From a virus: a stretch of 64,000 nt of DNA. The stretch covers positions 85,413 to 149,412 of the IMG/VR virus record IMGVR_UViG_3300015202_000003. One strand, 5' to 3'. This document shows, in pieces, positions 27,056 to 36,082 of this stretch. A model generated the notes under the pieces. That model was not told the DNA's origin, searched no databases, and saw only the letters and a program-made list of their open reading frames with translations. The translations under genes were made by a program, and so were the position numbers. Within the stretch, counting starts at the first letter, position 1, and every line of letters begins with the position of its first letter.

Positions 27056-27731
27056 AATCTTTAACATATTAAAATCTCTTTGGGAGCTTTCTTTTGATTT
27101 TTCTTCTAAGAATTTGGAGAGTTCCCACTACGCTTATTTTGCTCACAAGTATGATATAAAAAATTGGAGAATTTTAAAATCTTCTTCTGTTATTGGTTTA
27201 GAGGGTTTACCCCAACACGTTTTAAGGTTTGTAGCTCAGAGAGGTGAGGTGTTAGCGATGTTTGAGTTTTTTGATGTTGAAAAAACAAAACCTGTATTTA
27301 TAGTTTTACGAGATTTGGAATCAAAAGAGTTTTTAGTGTGGGGTTATTCTTCAGGTTTGCTGTATGGGTATTCTTCTTTAAATTTAAACATAGATAAACC
27401 AATAGTATTAGTAGAGGGTGTTTTAGACTGTGAGGTATGTAAATTATTTAATCCGAATTGTTTAGCTGTTTTAACTTCTCGTTTATCTAAATCTCAGATA
27501 GGGTTTTTAAAACAATTGAACAAAAAAATAATTTTGTTTTACGATAACGATGTTTCTGGATTAGAGGGAGCGCAGAAAGATTATTCTTTATTAAAATTAA
27601 TGGGTTTCGAGGTTAGTTTTTTATCTCATTTTCCAAAAATAAAAGATGCGGGAGAGTTGGCTTTTTTAGAATGGAGTGTAGATAAGAATTATGAAAATTT
27701 AAAAAGTTATTTATCTTCTAAATTAAAATAG
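27036..27731 (+). CDS. TOPRIM-domain primase-like protein lacking the Zn finger; start uncertain
   Basis: LYG, VLVEGVLD, LFYDNDVSG, KDAGE motifs of DnaG-type TOPRIM. Confidence 0.8.
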   Translation: MSGWKLTIFNILKSLWELSFDFSSKNLESSHYAYFAHKYDIKNWRILKSSSVIGLEGLPQHVLRFVAQRGEVLAMFEFFDVEKTKPVFIVLRDLESKEFLVWGYSSGLLYGYSSLNLNIDKPIVLVEGVLDCEVCKLFNPNCLAVLTSRLSKSQIGFLKQLNKKIILFYDNDVSGLEGAQKDYSLLKLMGFEVSFLSHFPKIKDAGELAFLEWSVDKNYENLKSYLSSKLK

Positions 27732-27812
27732 TCATTACTTTAATGGTAAAACGGAAGCTAATTCTCTTTTTTTAAATTTAAAAAAATAAAAGACAAAAAA
27801 TTCACAGAAAAC

Positions 27813-27846
27813 TTGCGTTTCTGTGAATTTTTTTTTAAAATATAAT
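27813..27846 (+). promoter_or_regulatory. Possible sigma70-type promoter overlapping a hairpin
   Basis: TTGCGT-N17-TAAAAT (TATAAT adjacent); the -35 lies at the loop of aaattcacagaaa/tttctgtgaattt. Confidence 0.4.
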
Positions 27847-27891
27847 ATGTTAGTTTTTAATAACAGTTATTTTTAATTGTTATTTTTTAAA

Positions 27892-28500
27892 ATGACTTCA
27901 ATTTCAAAAAACATTCATCCACATAAGTTTGATTGGCCTTATGTAATAAGGTTAGTATCAGAGAAATATTACGAGCATCCAGAAGTTTTAAAAACAATTG
28001 ATACGATGTGTGAATTAGTCTGGTCAAGATATTTTAATTTTCCATGTTTCAATCAAATGGACAGAGAAGATATGATTCAAGAGGGCCGTTTAAAATCTCT
28101 AAAAATGTTACAGTTAGAGTATTTCAACCCTGAATATTCGTTAAGAAACTTTCTTTATACGGGTATTAGAAACGAGATGCAGAATTTCACAGTTAAATTT
28201 CAAAAGAACCCTATTTGCGGAGCGGAGAACTTTGATTTCGATGTATTAGCAGATAACGCTTACTACGAAGATGGTTTAGAAATGGAAACAGAGATTTTAA
28301 CACAGGTTTTTTCTAAATTTTCAAAAGAGTATTTAAGATTTGCTCCTGACACAATTTTAGCGTTAAAAGAAAGAGGTTTTACGTTTGAGAAAATGCCTGT
28401 GTCGGACGGAAAAACTTCTTTTAGGTCTAAAGAACTTGTTTCTAAGTTTGAGTGTTTGTGTATTTGGCAAAAGATGGATTCGTTACGAAATTTAAAATAA
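27892..28500 (+). CDS. Phage sigma-factor-like protein
   Basis: DREDMIQEG...YFNPEYSLRNFLYTGIRNEMQNF resembles sigma region 2. Confidence 0.7.
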   Translation: MTSISKNIHPHKFDWPYVIRLVSEKYYEHPEVLKTIDTMCELVWSRYFNFPCFNQMDREDMIQEGRLKSLKMLQLEYFNPEYSLRNFLYTGIRNEMQNFTVKFQKNPICGAENFDFDVLADNAYYEDGLEMETEILTQVFSKFSKEYLRFAPDTILALKERGFTFEKMPVSDGKTSFRSKELVSKFECLCIWQKMDSLRNLK

Positions 28501-28502
28501 AA

Positions 28503-29060
28503 ATGAAAGATTTTCCAACCAACATTAATAAGAAAGAAAGACAACGTGGTAGCAACGAAACCTTTTCAGGTTATTTGAGCCACATAGAACTAACTGAATA
28601 CGATTATAAACTATTATTGTCTTCTTTACGTTCCAAATATAAAACATATTTTTTTGATTTTTTGACGGCAATTATTTCTCCTCCAGAATTTCTAAAATTT
28701 TTAGATTTGTTTTCTCACGATATTTTACAAATTCCTCCGAGGGAAGAAATTTGTGCTTTAATTTCTGATGTCAAGATTTACGGTTACATCGAAAGAAAAA
28801 AAGAAAAGTCTAATTGCGAGACATTAGAAGGTTTAAAGCAAACTCCGGATTTCCTCTTACAGAGTGCTTCAATGGCATTTGCTTTGCCTAAATTACAAGT
28901 GGAAAAGTCTAATAACAGAACTCGGAAACTTATCTCTTCCCTTAATACGTTGGATTTGTTAAATTTAAACAGTCTTAAATCCCGCAAGAAGTTATCTATA
29001 GAGAAGCCGTTGAAAGATGCTATACTGGAAGAGGAAAGCGAAGATTTAGAGACAAACTAA
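28503..29060 (+). CDS. Hypothetical protein
   Basis: ATG at 28503 immediately after the sigma-like gene. Confidence 0.6.
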   Translation: MKDFPTNINKKERQRGSNETFSGYLSHIELTEYDYKLLLSSLRSKYKTYFFDFLTAIISPPEFLKFLDLFSHDILQIPPREEICALISDVKIYGYIERKKEKSNCETLEGLKQTPDFLLQSASMAFALPKLQVEKSNNRTRKLISSLNTLDLLNLNSLKSRKKLSIEKPLKDAILEEESEDLETN

Positions 29061-29075
29061 AAAGAGAAAAATTTT

Positions 29076-29699
29076 ATGTCAGAATACAAAACCGAGTTAA
29101 TCTCAAAAGACACAGAAGAAGAAGAAAACGATCCTTTTTCGGATTTGATTCCTTCTAATCCTTCAACTCCCAAACCCAGTAGAAGTTTGGAAGATTCCGT
29201 AACAACTCTCTCTAAAGCCTCTCATTCGGGGATAGAAAAGGCTCATGGTGTCATGTCCAAAGAAGACCAAGTAGTTTACGACAATTGGCTTTGCGGGAAG
29301 GTTTCAGAGCCTCCAGAAGCCCTTAGATTGATGTTAGACCCTAATTTTAGAGATAGGGTTTCTAACTCTTTAATGTATCTTGTTGCGGATGCAACAATTA
29401 GAGCCAACCATCATGCTTCTTATAATAATGCTATTGAAGCTAAACTTTTTGATTTGGAGGTGTTGAATCGTTACAATTCTGGCGATACAGAGTTAATTGC
29501 TTTGCATGAACGTTCTTCAAAAACTTCTCAGGAAAATTTAAAATTTATTACTGGGACTTTAAAAGAACATCCTCAACTTTTCGATGCTTCTCCTAAACCT
29601 GATCCCAACCCTCAGATTGCGGAATTAAATAGAAAGTTACAAGAGTTTTCTCCTGCTAAATTATCTAAAATTCAAGATATTTTAGACAGTTTAGATTAG
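29076..29699 (+). CDS. Hypothetical helical protein (TerS candidate by size and position only)
   Basis: Disordered N-terminus plus helices; no diagnostic motif. Confidence 0.45.
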   Translation: MSEYKTELISKDTEEEENDPFSDLIPSNPSTPKPSRSLEDSVTTLSKASHSGIEKAHGVMSKEDQVVYDNWLCGKVSEPPEALRLMLDPNFRDRVSNSLMYLVADATIRANHHASYNNAIEAKLFDLEVLNRYNSGDTELIALHERSSKTSQENLKFITGTLKEHPQLFDASPKPDPNPQIAELNRKLQEFSPAKLSKIQDILDSLD

Positions 29700-29720
29700 A
29701 GATTAGTTAGAAACAACAGA

Positions 29721-29762
29721 AGACCCCCTTTTAGATTAAAAACCTAAAAGGGGGTTTTTTTT
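29721..29762 (+). terminator. Intrinsic terminator
   Basis: acccccttttag / ctaaaagggggt plus T-run. Confidence 0.8.
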
Positions 29763-29884
29763 AAAATGAGAGTTTTAATAAAGGAAAAGGAATTAGATTT
29801 TAAAATGAAAACGAGCAGCAAATTACAATTAAATTTTTTAAATGTTTTTTAACTTTAAATTGGGTTTATCCTCACGATAATTAA

Positions 29885-31209
29885 ATGTTTAACTATATTC
29901 CTGTTTACAATGTTTCAGAGGAAGGTTATTGGGACAAATCCAAAGAAGAGCCTATATGGATTCAAAATCACATAGAATTGGTGAAAGAGGCTCTTAGTGT
30001 TTGGGTGGGAGATTCTATTGTTTTATATCATCATTTAGAAGATATAAAGAAAAAACAACCATTACCTTCTTCTGGCAGTGGAAAAATTGCAAGGATGAGA
30101 GCGGAGGCTTTGTTATGGGAAATTAAAAACGAGTCTAAATTAAATTCTTTTGTTTTATACAGAGGCTCTCACGAATATCCGACAGGTTTACAATCTTTTT
30201 CTTCTAATTTAAAAGTGGCTCAGAAATGGGCTGATAAAAATAATGGTTTTATTTATGTGGCCCCTAAGAAAACTGTAAGGGGTTTAAGACTGACTGATTA
30301 CGGAAAAAACACTTTTGGAGAGCGGGAATGGATAGTTGACTGTTCAACTTCAACTGAAAACTTTGATATGATTAAACCAATAAAAGAAGAACAAATTTTA
30401 ATTTTTAAAAGTTCTAATGTTCCTATAAAAGAGGGTCTACGAGTTAATTATTTATTAGAAAAGGAAGGCGATTTCCCGGACAATGCTTCTGTTCTTAAAG
30501 GAGATTTTAATTTATCTGTTATTAAAAATAGGAGGTGGATGTTTAATTCTAAGTTGAACGAGTTTGTGTTGGGCATGATTAAACCAATCATGCAGAGGAA
30601 TTTGAATATGCAAAAGCCAGAGGAAGATATGACGATTGTTTACGGGGTTGGTTTGGTTTTGGCGGAGAATATAAAAATGGGATAGTTCATTTTGCTCCTC
30701 CAATTTCTCAAGAAGAATTAAAAGATTATGATATATTTGACGGTGTTTTAAAAACGGTTCGATTTTTTTTAAAGCATGGTTGTAATCAAAAAACAATTTT
30801 AAGAGGTCTGGGTTATTATAATAATGAAGAGACAATAGAAAAAACTTTTCCTGAATTATTTAATTCTTCTATTCAAGAGGATTCAAACGAACCTGTTTTC
30901 CCCCCTACTTTAGATGAAGTTTATCGAAAAAATCTAAGAAATAAATTAAAAGGAACATTGGGTTCTTACGACTCCTCTGACGGAACTTACAACATTTATA
31001 TTCCTAAAGACAAAGTTTCAGATGCGGGGGAGGATGTAGATAAGTTACTAAAAAACATTATTGTTTCTAATTTTCTTAAAGAAGCTGAGAAACATGGTTA
31101 TAGATTAAAAGAAAAAGATTTCAACTACCCCAATTTTTCTTTAAGTTTTCAAATAGGTTCTCCGAGTGTTTTGAAACAAAGATTGACTAATAAAGTTATG
31201 GCTCGGTAA
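29885..31209 (+). CDS. ADP-ribosyltransferase-like multidomain protein with internal tag; apparent -1 frameshift near 30583
   Basis: LYRG, QSFSS, GEREW (R-S-E ART); the frame open from 30583 to 31209 joins the 30958 ORF. Confidence 0.65.
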
Positions 31210-31220
31210 GAAAATAACAT

Positions 31221-31898
31221 TTGAAAGATATAGAAAAGGGAATGATTTTAAACATTTCTCCTTTTGTTTCTCAAAACAAATTTAAATTTTTAGATAGTGT
31301 AGAAGTCGGCTTAAATCTTAAAAATTTAAAGCCGAACAATTTTGAAAAAGTAGAAGGGAGAAAAACAAAACAAGAACAAGAGTATAAATTTGATTATTCT
31401 TGTGTTTTAGTTCCTTTCTCCCCTTCTTTTAAAGAAGATTTTATTCAAGAATCTGAAAAGTTTGTCGGCCCGTTAGATTTTAGTGGCAAGGGCTTGGAAT
31501 TAGAGCCTCATTTAACACTAAAATATGGTTTAACAACAGACGATATAAGTGAAGTGAAAGATTTAGTTTGTAATTTTGGAGAATTAAATTTCACAACTCA
31601 TTTTGTTTCTTGTTTTTTTGGAGAGGAGAAAAAGAAAGATTACGATGTTTTATATTTATCTGTTTTAAATTCCTCTAAATCTTTAAATCGGTTAAATCAT
31701 TTGTTGGGTTATCTATCCAATGTAGATGAAACAGAAATTTTCACGCCTCATATAACAATTGCCTACGTTCAAAAGGGCAAAGGATATAAGTATTTAGGAA
31801 AACCTTTTTCATTAAGTTTTCAAGCTATAGTTTCTGATGAAATAATTTTTTCAGATAGGAACGGAGTTCAAAATCTAATTTCTTTAGTTCAATGTTAA
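31221..31898 (+). CDS. 2H phosphoesterase (Acb1/2'-5' RNA ligase superfamily)
   Basis: Two HxT motifs: PHLTLKYG and PHITIAY. Confidence 0.85.
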   Translation: MKDIEKGMILNISPFVSQNKFKFLDSVEVGLNLKNLKPNNFEKVEGRKTKQEQEYKFDYSCVLVPFSPSFKEDFIQESEKFVGPLDFSGKGLELEPHLTLKYGLTTDDISEVKDLVCNFGELNFTTHFVSCFFGEEKKKDYDVLYLSVLNSSKSLNRLNHLLGYLSNVDETEIFTPHITIAYVQKGKGYKYLGKPFSLSFQAIVSDEIIFSDRNGVQNLISLVQC

Positions 31899-33169
31899 TA
31901 TTTAGTCCGAAAAACATTCCTTATATTAAAGGTTTAAGAGTGTTAGAATCTAAAAAAGAAGGTTTGTTAAAAAACATTAGGGGTGAGTGGGTGGACGAGC
32001 AAAAAGCAAAAGCAGATAGGGAAAAACTATATGCCCTTTACTTGGAAATTCAGAAGAAAAAAGGAGTTAAAGTTTCAACTGTCCCTGCTTCTTACGATAA
32101 AATGTCTCTTCCTGTTCTTTCACGAACTTTGAGGGCTATGTTACATTCTTTAGAGAAAAGGAAAGAAAGTCAGGAAAAATTTTTTATACAATCTAAAGAG
32201 AAAAAAGAGGTTGAATCTGATAGTAATAAAGAGGTGGTTAAAGACCCCGAAGAAAAAGGTGGAGAAAGCGGTGGTGGGGTTAAAAAAGAGGTTGTTAATT
32301 TGGGTTTTTTAACTCCTGATAAAGAGGGTGTAGTTTTAATGCCTTTAAGTAATAAGAAACTTTTTTCTAAAAACCAGAAACCTTTTTTTGAAGAGGAGGT
32401 TAGGCAGGATGAAGATTCTTACCTTGAACATTCTAAAAAATTGGCGTCAAAAATCGTTTCTTCTTTAAAAGAAGACTTTGACGTAAAAAGTTTTGCGTTA
32501 GATTTAAAGGATTTAATAGGTTCACAAACACCTGATAGTCCTGAAGAGGTTGACCTTGAAACAACTTCTTTTCTTAAAAAACAAACTTCTTCTGTTGAAA
32601 ATGCAGGTTTGGCTTTAATTCAAGCGTGGTATAGAAGTTCAAACGGTTCTGCTTTAAGTCAAATGATGCAACAATCAGCCAAGAATGTTTTTGGTGCGGA
32701 TACAGATTCTTTTAAGCATGATACGGAGGAATTTAAATCTGGTAAGTCTGTTAAATATTTAAAAAGCAAGAAGGTTTTAGATTTCATGGCGAAGCATCAA
32801 AAAGCAGTAGACAAGATAGCGAAAGCAATGTATGAAGAAACCCAAAAACAATTGAAAGAGAAAGGAATTAAAGAGGTAACTGTTTTAAGAGGTGCGGAAG
32901 ACTACGGGAAACAACTTAGTTCTTGTATTAATGGGGGGAAAAGTATAGATTTAAACCCTTTAAGTTCTTGGACTTGTGATAAATTTATAGCAAAGGAGTT
33001 TTGTGATGATGTAGATTTCGGGAGAGGTATTATAATGAAAACCACGGTTCCGGCATCAAGAATATTTTCAACAGGTATGTCTGGAGTGGGAACATTAGGA
33101 GAAAGTGAAGTTGTTTTAATTGGCGGGAAAAATGTCGGCAAGGTGGGAAAGTATAATTTTGAGTTGTAG
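31892..33169 (+). CDS. Tag + adaptor X + C-terminal ADP-ribosyltransferase-like domain
   Basis: MLIFSPKNIPYIKGLR; VTVLRG, NPLSSWT, IAKEF, GESEVV. Confidence 0.75.
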   Translation: MLIFSPKNIPYIKGLRVLESKKEGLLKNIRGEWVDEQKAKADREKLYALYLEIQKKKGVKVSTVPASYDKMSLPVLSRTLRAMLHSLEKRKESQEKFFIQSKEKKEVESDSNKEVVKDPEEKGGESGGGVKKEVVNLGFLTPDKEGVVLMPLSNKKLFSKNQKPFFEEEVRQDEDSYLEHSKKLASKIVSSLKEDFDVKSFALDLKDLIGSQTPDSPEEVDLETTSFLKKQTSSVENAGLALIQAWYRSSNGSALSQMMQQSAKNVFGADTDSFKHDTEEFKSGKSVKYLKSKKVLDFMAKHQKAVDKIAKAMYEETQKQLKEKGIKEVTVLRGAEDYGKQLSSCINGGKSIDLNPLSSWTCDKFIAKEFCDDVDFGRGIIMKTTVPASRIFSTGMSGVGTLGESEVVLIGGKNVGKVGKYNFEL

Positions 33170-33184
33170 GTTTAATATAAAAAA

Positions 33185-33457
33185 ATGGAAAATTTTAATC
33201 CTGATAAAAAAGAAGCTGACTGGATAAAAAGTAAAGATTCAGCTATAAAATTAACCTTGCCTCAGAAAGAAACTTTAAATTACAAGAAATTATCAATTTT
33301 AATTAACACTTTTTCTGGGGAAGAAAGAGATTATGTTGATTCTTACATTAATTGTTTAAAAAAATCTGAGGATACATCTTCAATTAAAACGTCTTTGTCT
33401 CAAAACGACAGACATAAAGTTGAAAAGGCATTTAACCCTTATTTAATTTCATGTTAG
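33185..33457 (+). CDS. Small protein following the ART gene
   Basis: 90-aa ATG ORF with EADWIK motif. Confidence 0.55.
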   Translation: MENFNPDKKEADWIKSKDSAIKLTLPQKETLNYKKLSILINTFSGEERDYVDSYINCLKKSEDTSSIKTSLSQNDRHKVEKAFNPYLISC

Positions 33458-34443
33458 TTTTCAATTTTAAATCTGTCCCTGTATTAGAGGGAATTAGAAA
33501 TTCGGATTTGTTTTTATTAAATGAAGGGAAGAATGTTTTTGATTGTCGTCATATTGAACAGCCGGATGCGAAAAACTCTCGTTTTTTTAAAGGAGAATCT
33601 GTTTACGATTATATATCTCCTACAGAAGGTTTTTATTGGGATTATTATAAGGGGGACTTGATACTGTCTTCTACTTCCAATTTTTTTTATTCTTCTGAAG
33701 TGGCAGGAATTGTCCAAAAAGAAGACAGAGCTAAAATTTCTAAGTTGTGGAATAATTTGGGTGGTAAGGTTGTTTTTCAACAAAAAACTATTGTTTTTAA
33801 CAAAGATAATTACGGAAATGGTAAATTAAGACAAAAGCAAGTTTATGACATAAAAGAGTTAAAAAAGGCTTTAAAAGATTTGTTTGTTTTTGGACTTACA
33901 AAAGATTTTAAAATTAAGGGTTTGGATAGTTTTCAGGTTGGGAAAACTGTGAAAGATGCTTTATCTTTAAAAGACCCTACTGATGAAATTTTAAAATTAA
34001 ATCAAAACTTAATTTTTTATCACGGGACTTCTTTTTTACGATGGGAAGATATAAAACATGAAGGTTTAAAACCAAATCAAACAGGAGATTGTTATGCTGA
34101 TTTAATTCCTAATTATTCAGATCTCAACATTTATTTGTCTTTTTCTCCTAAAGCATCTGAGTTTTACGCCAAGAGACAGGCTAAGAAAGATGAAACCGAT
34201 GGTGTTGTTTTAAGAATAGAAGGAGTAGATACAGCTAAAATTTTAGCTGATGATGGTTCGTTATATCCTCCAGAATATTTAAATAAAACCTTTCAAGAAA
34301 TTGAAAAAATAGCTTCCTCTTCAAGAAAAATGGTTTGGTCTGGAAGAAAAAAGGGGGAGTTTGCTTATAGAGGAATAATTTTACCTTCCCACATTTCTTT
34401 GTTCAAAACAATTAAAGTTTCTTTTTCTTCTGTAATTGGGTAG
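33451..34443 (+). CDS. Tag + adaptor Y + HGT-type (H-Y-E/Tpt1-like) ART domain
   Basis: MLVFNFKSVPVLEGIR; FYHGTS..WEDIKHEGLKP, IYLS, FYA, VVLRI, AYRG.I.P..I. Confidence 0.7.
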   Translation: MLVFNFKSVPVLEGIRNSDLFLLNEGKNVFDCRHIEQPDAKNSRFFKGESVYDYISPTEGFYWDYYKGDLILSSTSNFFYSSEVAGIVQKEDRAKISKLWNNLGGKVVFQQKTIVFNKDNYGNGKLRQKQVYDIKELKKALKDLFVFGLTKDFKIKGLDSFQVGKTVKDALSLKDPTDEILKLNQNLIFYHGTSFLRWEDIKHEGLKPNQTGDCYADLIPNYSDLNIYLSFSPKASEFYAKRQAKKDETDGVVLRIEGVDTAKILADDGSLYPPEYLNKTFQEIEKIASSSRKMVWSGRKKGEFAYRGIILPSHISLFKTIKVSFSSVIG

Positions 34444-34483
34444 TTATAGTTTTTATTTAATTTTGAATAAAGGTTAAATAGAA

Positions 34484-34876
34484 ATGCAAGTATTTAATTC
34501 AAAAAACATTCCTCTTATAGAGGGCATAAGAAAACCTAAAAATTTAAATTTAGAAGAATTAAATGAATTTTTAGGTTTTGGCCCAAAAGAACCTAAGGAT
34601 TTTAAAAGTGCCAAGGGAGAGTGGATTACGCAGAAACAAGAAAAAACAGAGAGGGAAAAAATCTACGCTTTATATTTACATATAAAAAACAAAAGATTAA
34701 AACAAGTAAATAAAGATTCTGAGTTAAACTGTCAAATTCCCGATTCTTTTACGAATAAGTCTTTGCCTGAAATTTATAAAATAATTCAATCTATTCTTGT
34801 AGACATTAACAGTCACAGATCGGCTACCCAAACTCTTTTAAATTCAAAAGGTAAAGTTTCTTTTTCTACGGCTTAA
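34484..34876 (+). CDS. Tag + adaptor X only
   Basis: MQVFNSKNIPLIEGIR; KGEWIT..EREKIYALY..SLPEI. Confidence 0.7.
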   Translation: MQVFNSKNIPLIEGIRKPKNLNLEELNEFLGFGPKEPKDFKSAKGEWITQKQEKTEREKIYALYLHIKNKRLKQVNKDSELNCQIPDSFTNKSLPEIYKIIQSILVDINSHRSATQTLLNSKGKVSFSTA

Positions 34877-34883
34877 AATAAAA

Positions 34884-35870
34884 ATGACAACGGAAATAAC
34901 CCCAGAACAAATTAAAGGAAGTCCAATGGTAATTTGTGTTCCAATTGGTAAGCCTAACCCGATAGGTTATAGGGCTAATATTTTGATAGATGGTTTAAAT
35001 ATAGCTACAAAATCGGAACACAAATTAATTTTAAATTTTAACAAGTCTATTTTTGGAGATTGTTCTTCTTACACAGACCCCAGAGAATTAATATGTAAAC
35101 AGGGAGGTGTGGCAATTCAAGTTTTCGGCCCATTGGCTAATGTTACGATTCCTTCTCCGACTTCTTTTTATTTTAATTTGTTTCAAGAATGGTTTAAATG
35201 GAACAAATCTAATTTAGAAGCTACAGAAGTCACAGTTTTTATTTTAAACAAGAAAATTTATTTTAGTGTTCCCGTTTCCGAGCCAGACTGGTTTGAATAT
35301 TACAAAGAAAATAGACACTTGCAAGAATCTAATAAAAACAATAACAAAAATATTACAGTATTTAATTCTAAATCAAAACCAAATTTAAAAGGTTTACGAG
35401 AATCAAATTTAATTTGGGAGAACGGAGATTTCAACAAGTTAATTAAAACAGTGGAAGATAAGAGAGTTAAGGTTCCAACGAAAGAATCTTCAAAAAATTT
35501 AATTTCTTACACAGAAGGGTTTAATTTTTCTTATGATTTAAAATTAAAAAAACTTAATTTAGACTCTTCTCCAAAACCTTCTCCTTCTGCCGAAGATGCT
35601 TTAATTAGTGGACAAGTTAGTTTGAAAAATGAAACTTTAAAAATAAGCGAATTTATTCATAGACAACTCGCTCCTTTAAAATCAAATCAAAAAACAGGTA
35701 TAGGAACTTCTATGACAAATCAGAAGTTAATCTACGAACCTTCTGATTTAGAAACTTTTAAAAGTTTATTAAAAGCATTAGAAGAATACGGTTTAAAACC
35801 AAATTTCTCTGTAAGTGGTTTATCTCATAGTTACCCGAAAACTGTAGAACATATTTTAGAATTGGATTAG
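34884..35870 (+). CDS. Unknown N-domain + internal tag + adaptor Y
   Basis: ITVFNSKSKPNLKGLRE internal; C-half aligns with the N-domain of 33451. Confidence 0.7.
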   Translation: MTTEITPEQIKGSPMVICVPIGKPNPIGYRANILIDGLNIATKSEHKLILNFNKSIFGDCSSYTDPRELICKQGGVAIQVFGPLANVTIPSPTSFYFNLFQEWFKWNKSNLEATEVTVFILNKKIYFSVPVSEPDWFEYYKENRHLQESNKNNNKNITVFNSKSKPNLKGLRESNLIWENGDFNKLIKTVEDKRVKVPTKESSKNLISYTEGFNFSYDLKLKKLNLDSSPKPSPSAEDALISGQVSLKNETLKISEFIHRQLAPLKSNQKTGIGTSMTNQKLIYEPSDLETFKSLLKALEEYGLKPNFSVSGLSHSYPKTVEHILELD

Positions 35871-35897
35871 GGGGAATAAAAAACTAAGTTAATTTAT

Positions 35898-35937
35898 AAG
35901 AAAACTTTTAATTTTAGAATTAAAAGTTTTCTTTTTT
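35898..35937 (+). terminator. Putative intrinsic terminator
   Basis: aagaaaacttttaatt / aattaaaagttttctt plus T-run. Confidence 0.6.
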
Positions 35938-36082
35938 ATGTTTTTTAGTTAAAATTTAATTGTTATAGAGTGTTGGAAAATAAGTAAAATTTAATAAGAG
36001 TCTTCGCTCTTTTTATTTTTATAGTGGGGGAGAGTAGAAGCTAAAATAAGAAGAATCTTCGTTCTTTATATTTTTAATTCAA

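Noticed and set aside
29076-29699. Firm terminase small subunit assignment
   Set aside because: Supported only by size, helicity and rough position; no recognisable motif.
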